From Bigelowiella natans CCMP2755 (taxonomy: Eukaryota; Protista; Cercozoa): a stretch of 64,000 nucleotides of DNA. Where the stretch lies: the NCBI GenBank assembly GCA_000320545.1, contig ADNK01001791.1, positions 37,832 through 101,831 of the forward strand. Reading direction: 5' to 3'. The notes under the pieces were generated by a model. It was not told the origin of the DNA, made no database searches, and saw only the letters and a program-made list of their open reading frames with translations. Both the position numbers and the translations under genes were made by a program. The stretch's first letter is position 1; every line of letters starts with the position of its first letter. Positions 27,525 to 40,498 of this stretch are shown in pieces.

Positions 27525-28754
27525 ATGGAGCGGCCGGAGGCCTCTTCCGCTGCTGCTACGGCAGCCGCAGCTACAGCTGCCTCGCCCTCCAAAGTTACCG
27601 TGGAGAACTGCGATGAGGAGAGCAATGTTACACAACGCGATCAGGATGGAAGTGAGGATCAGGATAGCAAGAAGGGGCAGAGCAAGACGACGGGGACTAT
27701 GAAGAAGGAGGAGGAGGAGGGGAAGAAGAAGAAGAAGAAAAAGCCAATCGTTTGCCTGATCATTGGGATGGCTGGGAGCGGAAAGGTCGAATTTCTCTCC
27801 AGCTTCTACTTCTCCATTCTAACAGTTTGCCGTGCTACTACAGTCTAAATGGCAGCTCCTCCCCTCTCCGCACACTCCTTTTCTTACTACTTTTTATCAT
27901 CATCACGTAGACAACTCTCCTGCAACGGCTCAATTCCCATTCACATCAGCACAAAATTCCAAGGTGTGTGTGTAAGAATATGTCTGTAAGTGTGTGTATT
28001 TCAGTGGTAGTAGAAGGTATACGATCAGACGATCCCCCCCCCCTCCTCCAACTAGTACGACCTAATCAATGAGCTAGTCTTCAAGTTCCCACCGAGTTCT
28101 GTCCTTTCCATTGTGGTGATCATGGCTAAGCGTCATTTTCTACTGTTCTTCTCCTCTTCCTCCTTCTCTTCCTCCTTCTCTTCTTCCTCCTCCTCCTCCT
28201 CCTCCTCCTTCCCTCTTCTTCTTCTTCACGATTTCAGCTACATCCTTAATCTAGACCCTGCGGTAGCAAAGGTGCCATACTCTCCTAATATTGACATTCG
28301 AGAGACTGTTCAGTACAAGGTATGGAAACTAATGTAGTTTATCTTAGTTCATTGCGTGCAAACCACGTCCAGTTGAATCCTTTGGTGGTTCCATCGAAGA
28401 GAGTCGTCTAGCCTGCCCTGGTAGCGCAAACCCAGTACTTCTTCTGTTTTTCAGGAGGTGATGAAGCAGTATAATCTCGGACCGAATGGTGGCATTTTGA
28501 CCGCGCTCAACCTCTTCGCAACCAGATTTGGACAGGTTGTACATGGGTGTCTGCTGAGCACAGCCGCGAGCTATCGCTTGATCTGCTGCTATTCTTCTCC
28601 TGATGAATAACTTGCTTGTATCCACCGAATAGAAAGTGATCATGCTTGTTTCCCTAGCATAGAGCATGGTAGACACAATCGACTCACCACCATCCCCAAC
28701 ATACGTGCTGAGTATTACAGCAACACTACAGGTCATCAAGAACATGCGATGATA

Positions 28755-28787
<33 letters not shown>

Positions 28788-29220
28788 GCATACTTCCAAA
28801 GGTGATGGGATTTGTCGATAAACGCGCGGAAGAAGTGAAGTATTGTTACGTTGACACACCTGGGCAGATCGAGGTATTATTTGAGAATGAGGAGGGAAGT
28901 GGGCGAGACTAAACAGAAGACATACCACACACACAGAATCACACACACACACACACACACGCAATTGATGTTCACAGACGTATGCGTGCGTACGCGATTG
29001 CTCAGAGTACGATGATAACCTTTTGGATGTTCTGTGACTACTACTTCTACCACAAACCTTAATTCTCCTCCCCCTCCCCTCCCCCCCCCTCCTCCTCCTC
29101 CTCCTCCTAATAATAATAATAAAAACTACTTCTTGGAAGGTGTTTACGTGGTCAGCATCCGGTCAGATTATTACAGAGACTTTCGCATCTTCATATCCAA
29201 CGGTAGTTTGTGTAGTAGTG

Positions 29221-29261
<41 letters not shown>

Positions 29262-30042
29262 GGTAGTAGCGGGAGAGCAACTGCTTGATTGCTGAATCAT
29301 CCCATCTCTTCATCTTCGTCAGGTGCTGGTGTACGTGGTAGATACGCCGCGTACTGTGAACAGCCCGACTACATTCATGTCCAATATGATGTATGCATGC
29401 AGGTACTACCACTAGTACTTGTATTATATAGTTTTTGCTGTTGTTGTTGTTGTTGTTGTTATTGGTGTTGTAATGTCCCTTTTCGCAACGACGAGTGTGA
29501 TGGTGGTGGTGGTGATGATGATGACTACTAAAAGCACGCAGAATAGAGATACAACGACATCTATCGATGGGTGCTCTGCATGCTAGTTTGCAGATTTTGG
29601 TGGTTGGAATGCATCATTCGTGTGTTGTGTTATACGATAATATTTATCGAGGATGAGAGCGTCCCTGTATGTTGATGCTGTACATGCTAGCGTGATCACT
29701 ATCACCACCACCACCGTTTCACCATCTTCCTCTCTTTTCCCATAACACGTAGCATCATGTACAAGTCGCAGTTACCGTTCATCATCGCATTTAACAAGGT
29801 GGAGGTTACTTCCCACGAGACAGCAACACGGTATGTAGTAGTAGTAGTAGTAGTAGAACTAGTACTAGTACTAGTAGCAGCAGCAGCAGTACAAAGTAGT
29901 ATTAGTAGCAGTATTAGCGGCCTGGTGATTCCAAGCAGACGAGAGATGAGGCAAGCAACATCCCAATTTCACCACCATCATCTTTGCAGCTCCTATCGTT
30001 AATATTTCTTGCAATCAATCAGCAGCTGCTGTTATGCTGCTT

Positions 30043-30073
<31 letters not shown>

Positions 30074-30480
30074 ACATATACATATAGGTGGATGACCGAC
30101 TTCGATGCCTTTCAGGAGGCTATAAATCAAGACAAGTAATCATCGTTCTATTCCAAAGAATATCGATTGTGTGTTGCTTAGCATTCAATAGCAGCAGCAG
30201 CAGCAGCAGCAGCAGCAGTGAGAGGCAATGATAGTTCTGCCTTTGGGGAGCAAGCGTCTTGCTTCGTTTCTTCTCGGTTGCTAGTATAACAATTGTAATA
30301 TATTACCACTACTACTACTACTACTACTAATACTACTATTGTTGATTACTAGGTCTTACATGTCCACATTCACACGCTCCATGAGCTTAGTGCTGGATGA
30401 GTTCTACAAGTAAGTTGCAGTACTACGACATCATATTTCAACCAGCGAAGAAGTAGTAGACGCGTAAGCAGGACGAGGCG

Positions 30481-30516
<36 letters not shown>

Positions 30517-30735
30517 TTACACTCTTGTGGTACACTTAAACAATTTGATGAAAATAAAAGGAATATTCGAACGGTGGGGGTCTCCGCAGCTACGGGCCTT
30601 GTAAGATTTGATTTTCCCCAAATAACTCGAAACAACGTTCATTCCTCCAAATTAGCACCACAAACGCGCCCAACTGGCTCTAGTAGCACATTTTTTAGAA
30701 GACAAATAATGCCATGTATTATACAAATTTAAAAC

Positions 30736-30814
<79 letters not shown>

Positions 30815-31161
30815 GTGTGTGACGCACTCGGCAGGGAATTGACAAGTTTTATGAAGCTGTGGAGAGTGCAGCAAAGGAGTAAGAATTCATTTCTTCTCTA
30901 AAAAAAGATGTAGTAATTATGATCATGTCTCTAGTCTTTGAGCAAATATCAGCTTCTATACAATATTTGCGTGGATTGGGATAGCTTGTAGTAGTAATAG
31001 CACCTATCATGTCGTATATTGTCTTTCTATTAGTATTAGTGTTGTCATTACGTGATTATGATGATGATTATGATGAAGATGATGATGATGACGCAAAAGA
31101 GAGAGGACTACATGTATTAGGATGTATCAGTGCAGTAGCGCTTGCATCCTGCTGAGGATTG

Positions 31162-31245
<84 letters not shown>

Positions 31246-31814
31246 TGCGTGTGTTTCTTTCCTTTTTCCCTTTGATACTGCGTATTAGGTATGAGGAGGT
31301 GTTCATGCCGATGATGGAAAAGAAACGAAAACTTGCGGCAGAGCGAAAGGTAAAAAATAACGATTAAGCGATGAGTAACTTCATACACCCGCACAAACAA
31401 AATCAATATACAAGGGAGAACGACGATCCGTTGTTGTTGTCAATTGTGCTTCTGAGTCCACAGTAGCGACCGAGAAAACGGTCTTATTTTGTGGTTATGA
31501 ATGAACACCTGCTTTGGTATGTGCTGGTGGTTTCTGTGCATTTCATGCGCCGGCCATATCAGGCTGAGAAGGAAAAGAGAGAAATTGCCAAGATTAAGAA
31601 GGAAATGCAAGATTCCAAAGGACTGAAAGTAAGTGCTCCCATCATCACATTCTCGATAGCTAGCTGATAAATTTTGGAGTAGCTGTACTTATTCTCCGCT
31701 CGTCAACTGTATTGTTGTATTTTATAGGCAATGAATCACGAAGATGAGGGGGATGAAGGGGGCAATTATAAGCGTGTTCCGAAACGGATGCCTGACGGAG
31801 GCATTCACCTTTGA
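27525..31814 (+). CDS. GPN1: GPN-loop GTPase 1 (XAB1/Npa3), ~14 exons
   Basis: IIGMAGSGK|[26 protein letters not shown]|[29 protein letters not shown]|[32 protein letters not shown]. Confidence 0.95.
30742..30811. repeat. Intronic (TA)n microsatellite; representative of dozens of intronic SSRs (TA, TG, GA, GAT, GAG, TAG, CAG, CAA)
   Basis: Direct reading; lies in a GPN1 intron. Confidence 0.9.
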
Positions 31815-32787
31815 AATAGTAAATATATGACAATTGTATCATCAGACGAGATGAGCATGGATTTCAGGTTGCACTCCTTTTGAGAAGCATGAAGAATTAG
31901 ATTAGCTTGTTCTCGAGAAATGCTAGTAGATAAAAAATTTCTAGCCATATTACCGTTTTCGGATCAATCTAATCCACTCAAATTGTGCGAGCGCAGCGTA
32001 TACGTCGTGCTCGCATACAATAGTAACATAGCATAGCATGATATGCTTTTTCTGTCTAGCTGTAGCAGTTATGAATCTTTAAGAGACAAGTAGTGTGTCT
32101 CTAAAATCAGTAAATCTAAAGCTGTAGCTTGATGTAGCTCTCTACAGCGGTCATTAGCGATCATCGCTACTTCTGGTCTAGTAATACTAGAGAACTAGCT
32201 ATGCATGTGTGGATGCGATGAGCTATGGTGCGGGCGCATTAGCGCTGTAGCCGCTGCATTGCACAGCTACATCAGGATGACCATTGAAAAAATTTAATTC
32301 TTCATTACATCCGTCTCATAGTGCGGGCGCGCTAGCGCGGGCACAGCGAGGCTAGTACGTGAGTACGCTACCATGACGAACGCTGGAACAACATCACATC
32401 GAGCGCACATGTAGCGATAGGCATAATAGCTAGACAGGCTTGTGTGACCTCCTATGATGCTACATAGGATGTATGCGTGTCGCATATATAGTTGCGTCGA
32501 TACGTGTCGAGGCAAATAGCTGGCGTTATTACTGCCGCGCCTAGCTAGCTAGAGCCGTCTAGCTAGGCGTGAGTCGTTCGCGGCATCGTATCGTTCACAC
32601 ACACTGCGCGTGCACAGCATTTGGATGATTGGTCAAGCTGGTAGCCACATATTCATGTGTACACATATGATTGTGCATGCTAGTATGCTATTAATCACGC
32701 TTTGTTACATTAAAAGATTCCCTAGTGTGCCGCTTTGATAGAACGATGGTACTAGCTGTGCGAACCAGTTTCTATGGCCCTCCAACT

Positions 32788-33723
32788 TTACTTATTATCA
32801 TCACCGCCCTTATCATCGAAAGCACCAGTTATCGAAAGAATGATAATTATGATGACTGCAAGAACTATCATTGCTATTACGAAACAGATAAGCATTTTCT
32901 TTCTCGCGGCGAACTGATATTCTGCAGCAGCATGAAGTTCGACCACCGCCTCCCCAGTGTATTCCTTTGCTTGCGACACGTGGCAAGTAATATTGTCTAT
33001 TGTTTCTTGCTGCGCATCAACCAGTGCAGCCATTTCGTGGAACATCTCCAGAATCTCTTGTACGCCTTGGTTTATTTGTTTCACTTCATCAGCCTGAGCA
33101 AGCAAACGACCTAACTCTTGTTCCTCTCCGTTCATCTGCTGTTCAATAAACTGTTTATCCAAACCCTTCTCGATAAGTTCTTCAGCCTTCTCGGTTGTCA
33201 AATTATTGCTCAAGAACTTGAGGTCGCGCACCTGCCTGTTGTGTACCTTGTCTTTGAACATTTTCGCCAGAGAAGTGTATCTCTTGTGTGCCAGAAAGTA
33301 TTTTCGCATGTAGAAATTGTACATATTATCCCTGATCTCAACTTCAACGGAGCCATCTTCCCTAGAGTTTGACCTGAACTTCTCATTTTGATCCTTCAAC
33401 CCCCCCTTATCAGTCAGTGTCTTCTTCAAGCGGACAGATGAGGCCCGGGCCTTCTTGAGTTTCTTGTCAATATCTGAAATGATTCGATTTTTTTGCTCCT
33501 CAACGTATACGTTATCAATTTCTTCTTTAGCCTTGGCAATGTGATCACTACAAGCTTCAAGAAATTCAATGTCCTTCCTGATGGGTTCATACTTCGTTAG
33601 CTCCAACCGAAAACTCTCGTCTTCCTTTGAGTCAGCAGCACCGTTCTCTACATCCGTATCCCCCACGTTGACATCATCAAATCCGAAAAGTGTTATCAGA
33701 GAGTGCACTTGGGCCGACGGCAT
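32788..33723 (-). CDS. Intronless Qa-SNARE syntaxin (syntaxin-1/plasma-membrane type)
   Basis: Habc helices, SNARE motif INQGVQEILEMFHEMAALVDAQQETIDNITCHV, C-terminal TM MLICFVIAMIVLAVIIIIILSI. Confidence 0.93.
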   Translation of the reverse strand: MPSAQVHSLITLFGFDDVNVGDTDVENGAADSKEDESFRLELTKYEPIRKDIEFLEACSDHIAKAKEEIDNVYVEEQKNRIISDIDKKLKKARASSVRLKKTLTDKGGLKDQNEKFRSNSREDGSVEVEIRDNMYNFYMRKYFLAHKRYTSLAKMFKDKVHNRQVRDLKFLSNNLTTEKAEELIEKGLDKQFIEQQMNGEEQELGRLLAQADEVKQINQGVQEILEMFHEMAALVDAQQETIDNITCHVSQAKEYTGEAVVELHAAAEYQFAARKKMLICFVIAMIVLAVIIIIILSITGAFDDKGGDDNK

Positions 33724-34177
33724 GGTTCACCTGCGAAGACAGACATGTTTTGAGAAAGGTCTCCCAGATGGAAAAATTCAGCATCCACAGTGGATATTTA
33801 GATATGATTCGGCTGTAAGCCCCCCAGCTAGCAAACAAAACTCTGATACCTATTTCCCAGTCCTTCGGTTCCCTTCCCTCAAAAGATTGACGGACGAGAT
33901 ATGGGGAGGCGGGATGGAGGTTTGCAGTGTGTTCAACCGTATCAAGCAACTTTCAGATCGAAAGGTGTGAGAGAAAATTGTGCACAATCTCTATTTTATC
34001 CCTATAATTGCTTTATCTTTAAGTCTCTATCACTAAATGTAAGGCTTTAGGGTAAGTCACATATTCTGATGTTGAAAGTCTTCTTCTAAATCCAACCCAA
34101 GTAGAACGACCAAATCTTCTGAAAAACCAAAAGATGGCCTGCGTTTTGGGCAGCTTTTGGGGCAAAATCGCGACGTA

Positions 34178-35635
34178 ATGTCTCGAAAAATCTCTGGTGA
34201 ATCCAGAAAATCTCGCATTCTGATTCCATCGCGACATGGTTGCTGCGTGTTTGTGCGTGTCCAGATGTCCCCTTGTGGTTCTTGCTCATGTGCTCATGTG
34301 GTTTGCATCAATGATTCATTCATTGCTCATTGTTCATTGTTCATTGGCTGAAAATTGTTGTGGTTGTGAGAAAGAAAGACAAATTGCGTGACGATGCATC
34401 CCCCTCTAGCTAGCTAGCTAGCTGGCCCTTGTGTCGCAAGTGTCAGTGTTTGTGCGTCAGTTGCTTCTTCGTCCCGCCTTGATTGCAGTTTTTCACGTTC
34501 ACGTCGTCGAATTTTGTGCACATGGCTAGCTGGTCCCAAACCTTTCTCAAGGTCGAAGGTTTCGCTTGACGACGAACAATCCTGTTCCTTCTGCATCGCT
34601 TTCGTGGTTGCGGTGGTGCTCTCTGGCTCTCGGTGAGCTGCCGCGCAGTGTCGAGTTCCCGGGCAAGGAAACACGTCTTTGAGGATGAACTCATCAAATT
34701 TCTGTCGATAATCCTCCATCTGAATCGTTTGCAGCCACTCGACGTAGCCCGGATCGACCATCACACCGCACACCGCGCAAGCATGGCTGTTGCACGTTCC
34801 TGGACAACAAGAGCACGAGCACATGTCGTTCTGCTCAGCGAGGTCGATTTGATGGCATCCGTGAGCTCGTCGACCGCTTGGATGCGATTTTTCAACAAAC
34901 GTGACACATGCTCATGATGGACAAAGCAATGTGACATGCACGTCACTAGCTAGCTAGATCACATGTGCAACGTGCAGCGTCTGGACGTTGCACGTCCATC
35001 ACATTGTGATCGTTCAGCGTTTGTGACGTTCCCGCCCTTTTCGCCTTTTGCGACTCGTGAGAACGCAAATGAATCGCGCAAACTAGCAAATCACGTTGCG
35101 ACGCGACTTGACTCCTTGCAAGTTCGTTCGTGACCTGCACAAGCGCGCACACGTGGCTTTGCGTATGTTTGCTGCCACACGACACGTGCAGTGGTGCGTG
35201 CACTGCGGCGAGGCGTGACACGAGTTGCGACATGAACACTTCGCTCTGAACTCACGTTGCACGCACATTGCACACACGTGCGCGCGCGTGCAGCCACGTG
35301 TCACGCAACTGCATGGATGTGTAGATGCTCACACATGACGATGATGACATTTTGCTCTTTAGCTCTGTGTCCACACAAGCGATGCGATGCAGCAACAAAA
35401 AAGAAATGCGTCGCAAATTTAGCGTTCATTCGGTTGTGAGCAACTTTCGTGTGTTGTGTCCATTGTTTTCGAACTCTTTGCTTCAAGAAAGATAAGAACG
35501 ATGCAACGCAAGTTGATCTCTCATGTGTGCTTGAGATCAGGTGGACACTCTTTGCACGTCACGCACTCATTGTGACTGCTTCTTGATGTCTTGCTCACGG
35601 AACAGCCAACTTTCTTTCTTTTGATCCACAAAGGG
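34178..35635. other. TpA-erased intergenic tract 3 (largest)
   Basis: 16 TA in 1458 nt by eye: 9 CTAG, 2 GTAG, 2 TTAG, 2 ATAA, 1 GTAT. Confidence 0.9.
34414..34824 (-). pseudogene. Possible decayed coding fragment with a partial SAM-domain-like segment
   Basis: VEWLQTIQMEDYRQKFDEF resembles the SAM helix 1-2 pattern V.EWL..I.M..Y...F; the rest is C/H-rich and does not complete the domain. Confidence 0.3.
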
Positions 35636-35649
35636 TAAGTCAAAGATGG

Positions 35650-36327
35650 TCAAAATCCGCGAATCCCCACCTGAAGTACATGCATGTGAACTGCTGCCAC
35701 TTGTAATGAAACAAATAACCATGTAGTAAAATCTACAAAGGACAGGAAATTCATCGAAAGAAATATTGAATTTAGATTTTCACCATGATCTGGATCGTAT
35801 CCCCCTTTCAAAACGACATGGGATTCTACAAATTCTTTCAGTTCCTTTTCATCTCCAAACTAACCAAACAAGAAAATTGAAAACTTAATCGGAAGACATG
35901 CGTAAAAATCACTTGATTATTGGCCAAATAGAAATACAAACTTCTCCACACTTCTTTCGAAGAACATGTGGCTAGGCAAGGCAATCTCACCGGAAATAAG
36001 TCGCGGAAGTACTCGGTGTAGATATTCTGAAGCTGGATGGCATAGAGAAAGGGATGTAAACGAAAAAGTATAGGTAGATAGCCATGCCAAAATATGCCCA
36101 TTCAAGTGGATACGAGACTAATGAGAGTAGGTGCATTTCATTGTCTGTTGATTTTTCGTTGTGACGTATTCGACTCGATCGCGGCTCGATCTCTCAACCA
36201 CCTCGCCAACCCCCCCCTGCATACACATTTGAACTCTACTCGCCTAAACTTCGGTTTGAAAACACTTCATCATGTCGCACCACAGAACCGATGATCTACT
36301 TCGATTAGATGTACTTGCTACATATGT

Positions 36328-36370
<43 letters not shown>

Positions 36371-37000
36371 TATTTATATGACCGGCTGGAATATGTTATT
36401 TTCGTCGGTATTTGAAGGAATCACTGGGTTTATTTTTACCGGAATGCACTTTTTCATCTTATACTCAGCCTATTATGTAAATATAAAATATAGAATTTAT
36501 ATATTTCTTTAATAAACATCCATGCTCGCAGTGCGTGGACTAGGGACCTCAACGAACACTTTTCAAATCGAAAGACTCGTATAAGTACCAACACAAACAT
36601 GGACAAACAAGGGTGAGAGGGGAAAGAAGGAACACATCTTACGATTTGAAACGTGGAGTCAATCTTTGCGTCTAGTTTGAAGTATGCACGCAGCACAGGA
36701 TCGCAAGCAGATGTAGTCATAGGCCCCTCTTTTCCATCGACAGAATTGGAGGGTACTCTTCGCTTCATCACTTGAGCTTGAGGAAAGAAGACGGACAGCA
36801 TTTGATGCCTCCTACGAGAACACATTCGTAAGACTTATGTAACGAAACGCTCTCTACTTCCCCCCTCCAGTCACTACTCACCCATTACGCTGGTACTTCC
36901 AGGTGCTTCTTCCTCCAAGCTGATTGTTTTCGTAATTAAGATGGTTATGTAGGAATTGTGGGAGAGATGACCGCTGCTAGCAGCAGCCATTTTCTTATAA

Positions 37001-37043
<43 letters not shown>

Positions 37044-37447
37044 CATATAAAATAATTTATCATATTGTACCTACTTCTTCTCTCTAATTTTGACATACCT
37101 CTGAGATTTTCAGTTCTTCTAGGTAAAAGTCCAGCACGTCAAGTACTTTCTGCACAAAGAAGGTCATGGTCACATTCATCCAATAACTGTCGCAGTAGTA
37201 TATCTTAGTAGCAATAACAATAGTAGTGAAAAGAACAACCTTTTCGATGTCAACACTCGTCATTGTTTCGGGTATCCCGCTGAGCTCAAAATGGGGTGAG
37301 TTGTAATAGTCTCCCTCCCTCGTCTTCTTCTGCTGAAAGAGATTTCTGTTTCCAGAAGTGCTTCCATCCAACTTTTTCTCTTCTACTTTCGATTTTTGCT
37401 CCGCTAATTATATACAAAGATATTAGAAGAACAAGTACGCTCTCTTG

Positions 37448-37509
<62 letters not shown>

Positions 37510-37711
37510 GAACGCACACCGTAGAACCATCATTACGTTCTGGTTGTTGATTTTGAAAACGATTTTTCGACTGCATCTGTATCCATTGATTTCCTTTCTG
37601 CATTAGCCTATGCAGCACCAAACACATGCAGTAAGAAATGAGGAAGAAATCACGATGCCAATTAGATATTGAGTTTTACTCCATGCATGTTGTAACATGT
37701 AAGCGCGAGTT

Positions 37712-37761
<50 letters not shown>

Positions 37762-38639
37762 CACACACACACAATATAAGGAAAAATATATTAATAGTGC
37801 GCTAGTAACGTGCGAAAGATAAATGAATACACACAATCAAATCTACCCATGCATCATGCTGCGAAGGGTGGTCTTTTGCTCCTCTTCGTAGCATGCACTT
37901 AATCTGGTTGTTAAGTTAAAAGAACAGAGGCATAAATAATAATAATAATAATTATTATAATAATAACAATACAATAATATTTGGAACAATGATATGCACG
38001 GTTTCACAACAGTCTTGAATGCATTCACTCTCGAAAACATTCTCACGATTTCTGTACTGTCTTTTTTTTATTTTTTATTAAGATTTCTTGGCCACCAACC
38101 CCCAGTAGTTTTTGAATAGCGTTTTTGCCTTCCTCAAATCATCGCTCGGTGTAATCTGATAACCCAAGGCAGTTTATAGATGACAGCAGCAACAACAACA
38201 ATGATGATGATAAAATTTTTAGCCAAAACGCAGGCACATATTCCAATGATGATGATTGATGTGCACCTGAAACGAAGTAGAGCAGAGATCCGAGTTCTTA
38301 ATCCAGTAGCTCCTATCTTCTGTTTTCTGATGATGATATGGTGACATTATCGTCATCATTATCATATTGTCTATCACACTATTTCTTCTAATTACTACGA
38401 AGCGCGCGCGCGCGTGTACGTGTGCTATACGCAAGAAGACACGCAGAACCTGTCGTAATAGCATGCATGAGATGAGGTAATCTACCTTATTTTCTCCAAT
38501 TGCTGATTCATATTTAATATCGTTTCTTTCGTAAACGTCAAAGACAAAGCTCCATGGGTCTACGGGCTACATACATACGTCGTGTGAGCAACCCACCCAC
38601 GTACACACACACACAGAGAGAGAGAGACACACACACAGC

Positions 38640-38671
<32 letters not shown>

Positions 38672-40074
38672 TTCTATGTGCATTTCACTTAAAACATAAA
38701 ATGGGAGGGTTTATCGATATGGATCGGTGGATGCATTCGTACGTTAAGGTCATCGGTTTGTTTGCACATTATTTCCTCGTTGCTGCATAATCCGAATAAT
38801 CGAAGCGGCTGTTGACGCACCTACGAAAGGTATTAAGAGGGTAGTCGGCATCATAAAGCAGAATACCATGATGATAATGGCGGTGTTGGTGTTTATGGTG
38901 GTGGTGATGATGACTTGCTCTCAATTTAGTAGTAGTAGTAGCAGCAATAATATAATAATAATAATATCAGCTTACTTTAACGACGACACAATACGGTCCA
39001 CGGTATCTTTCCTTAGCGGTGCTGTAGTATTAATGCCGAACATGATTACTATTATTTGACAACAAAGTGATAGTGCTGCTCACCGAGCTTTATCTACAAA
39101 TAATCCCTTCTATTTTGCTTTTGATACTATGTCGCTCTCCCCCTTCTAATACCACTACAGCGGTACAACTACTACCCACCGTGAACAACCTGCAAGATGT
39201 CTATTATCGGAGTAAAAAGGTTGCAAATGGCTACGACTAATCCTACTTCTCAAACAGCTCCTCATCGATAATCGTCACGAATTCCAGAGCAAGTAGATTC
39301 AGCACAATGTCTATTTCCTCAGAGGTAAGTACTGATCGGGGCAATATTCACACACGACGGCACACGACGACACACGCGCATAAATACAGATGCATGCGCG
39401 AAACACAAGAAAAATAGGGTGTGAGCTGTCGTTTACCTACGGCGCAGGCTAACGGGATGATAATGTACCTGACACAATATGCAGAGCCAAATTTAGTTTT
39501 TGCAAATAAAGAAGAAATATCTGAACTATGCATACAAGAAGGAGTTGCTAGTAATAACAAGCTCTCATTATTCGAGCAGCACATCGAATATGATGGCCAT
39601 GGCAGTGTACACTAGCTACTACTACTACTACTACCACTACTACTTCTTACTTACGCGTAAACAACATTTGTGAGGAAGTCCACGAACAATGTAAGGTTTG
39701 TCACATGTCCTACGCATTGATGATGACAGTTGTTGATCAGCAAAAAGTCAATGCAATCGTAAGGGTTATGGGGAAGTAACAACTGCAACTGCCTTCGTTC
39801 ACGATTTGCTCCGAGAGGCAAGTTTCCATGAAATATGGACAACCAAAATGATGAAAATTAACGCTCCCCCTCCTCCTTCCACCACGCATGATGACAACGA
39901 GTATAAAATCCGTCCGCAACGAAAATTGAAGGCTATTTTTTTTTTAAAATGGAATAGAAAAACCGACACCATATTCAATAAACTAATTGGCGAGCAGTAT
40001 TTCGTGAGCTCGAGCTCGCACGTCGAGTAGTGCGCGCAGTAGGAATTATCGGGCTACAAGGTCACGAAATACCG

Positions 40075-40143
<69 letters not shown>

Positions 40144-40446
40144 ACACCTTTGGCTATTTGTGTAAACTTCTTCGTTGACTCTGCAGCCTTTATGATATCA
40201 GATACAGATGAGTGGTTATAAATAAAACACTGAGCAGCTGCTCGTATGTATAGTATTATCAGCCGCTATTTGTCCGTGTGAAGTACCTTGACAGTGTAGT
40301 AGATAGATGCTGCGATTGCAGATGCAAAACGAATCCTTTGAGGAATAGTATATAGCAATATCAGAGATACTACCAACGATGCTTAACTATGATTCCTAGT
40401 TATTATCATTCTTATCATTATTGTTGTTATGGTTATTGACGCCACA

Positions 40447-40498
<52 letters not shown>

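Noticed and set aside
34414-35486. Cys/His-rich ORFs in the TA-poor tracts (also 22043-22433, 25169-25635, 47764-48376) that look like zinc-finger or metallothionein proteins
   Set aside because: Loss of TA removes TAA/TAG stops and Tyr codons and inflates TGY (Cys) and CAY (His). Overlapping ORFs appear on all frames with no coherent ligand spacing. Only the SAM-like piece is kept, at low confidence.
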